From: Candidatus Zhuqueibacterota bacterium
GTDB lineage: Bacteria > Zhuqueibacterota > Zhuqueibacteria > Thermofontimicrobiales > Thermofontimicrobiaceae
Reading direction: 5' to 3'
NCBI GenBank assembly: GCA_049322915.1
Contig: JBMOPW010000003.1
Location: forward strand, 1 to 64,000
Length of the DNA stretch: 64,000 bases
Below are positions 61,962 to 64,000 of this stretch, one piece after another. A program made the translations under genes and the position numbers. How positions within the stretch are numbered: the first letter of the stretch is position 1; each line of letters starts with the position of its first letter. The notes under the pieces are model-generated. The model searched no databases. It saw nothing but the letters and a program-made list of their open reading frames with translations, and had not been told where the DNA came from.

Positions 61962-62222
61962 GCATTCACCGATTCATCGCGATGTGTTTCTGATCTGAAG
62001 GAAATGTCAGTAATGGGCGGGTCCGCGGCTCGGATATCGCAGCGCGTTCACGGCGCGCCGACTTGAATGCCACAGGCGCTCTTCAGTCGTGCCATCGGCA
62101 GATTGAGCAGCAGGATTGTAAATTTTTCGGCGCCAAGCCCGGTTCGATGGAATCCATCGAAGCAATATACATGCTGGCGCCTGGCGCAAACTAAACTGTG
62201 TGATATTAGAACTGAAAATTAA

Positions 62223-62322
62223 CCCTACAACGTCATTTAGTAAATTTATCACAATATGTTGAGTTTTTCATCTATCAAAAATACAATATACAACGATAAA
62301 AAATCTATGTGACGTAGTAGGG
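62223..62322. mobile_element. MITE-B copy 2 (inverted relative to copy 1)
   Basis: TTAA|CCCTACAACGTCA...TGACGTAGTAGGG|TTAA; one mismatch to copy 1 by manual alignment. Confidence 0.88.
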
Positions 62323-62344
62323 TTAATGTAACAGGGCATACTCC

Positions 62345-63787
62345 ATGTCAGACGTGAAATTGAAAAAGATCAACGATTATCTCTGGGAAATTCCCAAGGA
62401 AGATAAAATGCATGTCCCCGGCCGGATTTACGCGACGCAAAAAATGCTGTCCCATATTCAGGAGGAGGATGCGCCGAAGCAGGTGCAAAATGTCGCGCAT
62501 TTGCCGGGCATTGTGGATTGGTCCATGGCCATGCCGGACATCCATTGGGGCTATGGTTTTCCCATCGGCGGCGTGGCTGCGTTCGATGTCGACGAGGGCG
62601 TGATTTCGCCCGGCGGCGTTGGTTATGACATTAACTGCGGGGTACGGCTGCTCAAAACACAATTGGTACGGAGCGACATTCAATCCAAAATCCAGTTGCT
62701 GGTCGCCAGCATGTTCAAATATATCCCGAGCGGCGTCGGTTCTTCCGGCCCATTGAAAACCAGCGATAGCGAATTGAAAAAGGTCATGGTGAAAGGAGCG
62801 CGCTGGGCGGTTCAGAACGGTTATGGCGACGAGGACGATCTCGATAAAATCGAGGAAAATGGAGAGATGCCGGGAGCTGACCCATCGACTGTCAGCCAGA
62901 AAGCCATCACGCGGGGCCGGCCGCAATTGGGCACTCTGGGCTCTGGCAACCATTTTGTTGAAATTCAATACATCGATAAAATTTTCGACGCGGAGCTGGG
63001 CCAGCGCCTGGGACTTTTCGAAGGCCAGATTACGGTGTCCATCCATACCGGATCGCGCGGATTTGGCTATCAAATCTGCGATGATTCCATTCACAAGATG
63101 ATTCTCGCTTCTCAGAAATACGGCATTGAACTGCCGGATCGGCAACTCTGCGCTGCGCCCATCACGTCGCCGGAGGGCAAAGAGTATTTTGCTGCCATGG
63201 TCTGCGCCGTCAACTACGCATTTGCCAATCGCCAGATCATCTCGCACTGGGTGGAAGAAGCATTCATCCGCTCGTTGAAATCAACTCCCAACCAGGTTAA
63301 ATTCAGCACGGTTTACGAAGTCGCCCACAATATTGCCAAATTCGAAACGCATATCGTGCATGGGAAAAAGCGAATGCTGTGCGTCCATCGAAAAGGCGCC
63401 ACCCGCGCATTTGGACCGGGCCGGGTTGAACTGCCGGAAATGTACCGCGACATCGGCCAGCCGGTGTTGATCCCCGGGGACATGGGCCGCAGTTCCTACG
63501 TGCTGATCGGCACCGAAGCAGCGATGGAACAGACGTTTGGTTCCACCTGTCACGGCGCCGGCCGGCTGATGAGTCGCAATAAAGCCATTCAACTGGCGCG
63601 CGGCCGATCGATCCAGAATGAACTGGCGCAGCAGGGAATTGAAGTGATGGCAGCGAGCCGGGCGACCCTGGCGGAAGAAATGCCCGAAGCCTACAAAGAT
63701 GTTTCCGATGTCGTCGAGGCTGTTGTCGGCGCCGGAATCTCGAAAAAGGTGGCCAGATTGCGCCCTATGGGCGTGATCAAAGGCTGA
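62345..63787 (+). CDS. rtcB: RNA-splicing/repair ligase RtcB
   Basis: MPDIH.GYGFPIGG, GVGYDINCG, GTLGSGNHF.E, HTGSRG, HRKGATR, CHGAGR, EE.P.AYK. Confidence 0.97.
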   Translation: MSDVKLKKINDYLWEIPKEDKMHVPGRIYATQKMLSHIQEEDAPKQVQNVAHLPGIVDWSMAMPDIHWGYGFPIGGVAAFDVDEGVISPGGVGYDINCGVRLLKTQLVRSDIQSKIQLLVASMFKYIPSGVGSSGPLKTSDSELKKVMVKGARWAVQNGYGDEDDLDKIEENGEMPGADPSTVSQKAITRGRPQLGTLGSGNHFVEIQYIDKIFDAELGQRLGLFEGQITVSIHTGSRGFGYQICDDSIHKMILASQKYGIELPDRQLCAAPITSPEGKEYFAAMVCAVNYAFANRQIISHWVEEAFIRSLKSTPNQVKFSTVYEVAHNIAKFETHIVHGKKRMLCVHRKGATRAFGPGRVELPEMYRDIGQPVLIPGDMGRSSYVLIGTEAAMEQTFGSTCHGAGRLMSRNKAIQLARGRSIQNELAQQGIEVMAASRATLAEEMPEAYKDVSDVVEAVVGAGISKKVARLRPMGVIKG

Positions 63788-63922
63788 GCCCGGAACGACG
63801 CGACACTGCTGCGCGTTGATGATGATTTGGAGCTTCGCCGCCGGCGCGTCACTGCTTTGCCAGTCGCCGGGTATACTTTTTCGTCGCACCTGCTTTGGAA
63901 CGAAATGAAATGGAGCCTATCC

Positions 63923-64000
63923 ATGATCCCTCAAGAAATACGCGACCGCGTGCAGAAACTTCGGGATGACATCAACACCCACAACTACCGCTATTACATC
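63923..64000 (+). CDS. ligA: NAD-dependent DNA ligase, N-terminus (truncated by window edge)
   Basis: GGAG RBS; MIPQEIRDRVQKLRDDINTHNYRYYI. Confidence 0.8.
   Translation, partial: MIPQEIRDRVQKLRDDINTHNYRYYI

Noticed and set aside
62138..62163. tRNA or Y-RNA T-loop (GGTTCGA) near rtcB
   Set aside because: No cloverleaf or T-stem; it is part of a simple palindrome.

Overview
Bacterial chromosomal window, probably from an FCB-superphylum lineage such as KSB1 or a Calditrichota-like group. This is inferred from seven proteins ending in a 'QNYPNPFN...SGVY...KM.L.K' T9SS/FlgD-Ig C-terminal domain and from sigma70-type TTGACA-N17-TATATT promoters. (1) 5.4-24 kb is a minus-strand cluster of secreted proteins: two YCF48/BNR propellers, a hybrid two-component sensor with an unusual FG-GAP propeller, an FGE-domain lipoprotein, a fibre-like protein, and two proteins sharing a permuted dockerin plus cohesin module. 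A 21-bp-period direct repeat there looks like the sensor's operator. (2) 24.5-25.2 kb is a nested stack of miniature mobile elements; two of these families recur elsewhere in the window, one with piggyBac-like TTAA|CCCT...AGGG|TTAA ends. (3) 32-41 kb is an RpiR-associated locus with two propeller-transglutaminase proteins and an NhaC transporter. (4) Integron attC-like remnants lie at 1-185 and 45.4-47.2 kb. (5) Other genes include a bCerS/YghO-like acyltransferase paired with an SDR, a BAHD-like acyltransferase, photolyase, a P-type ATPase, an M23 peptidase, an amidase, PTS IIA, manC, and archease-rtcB-ligA (ligA partial). I recognised no rRNA, tRNA, CRISPR array or transposase. All family calls come from reading motifs by eye; no database searches were run.
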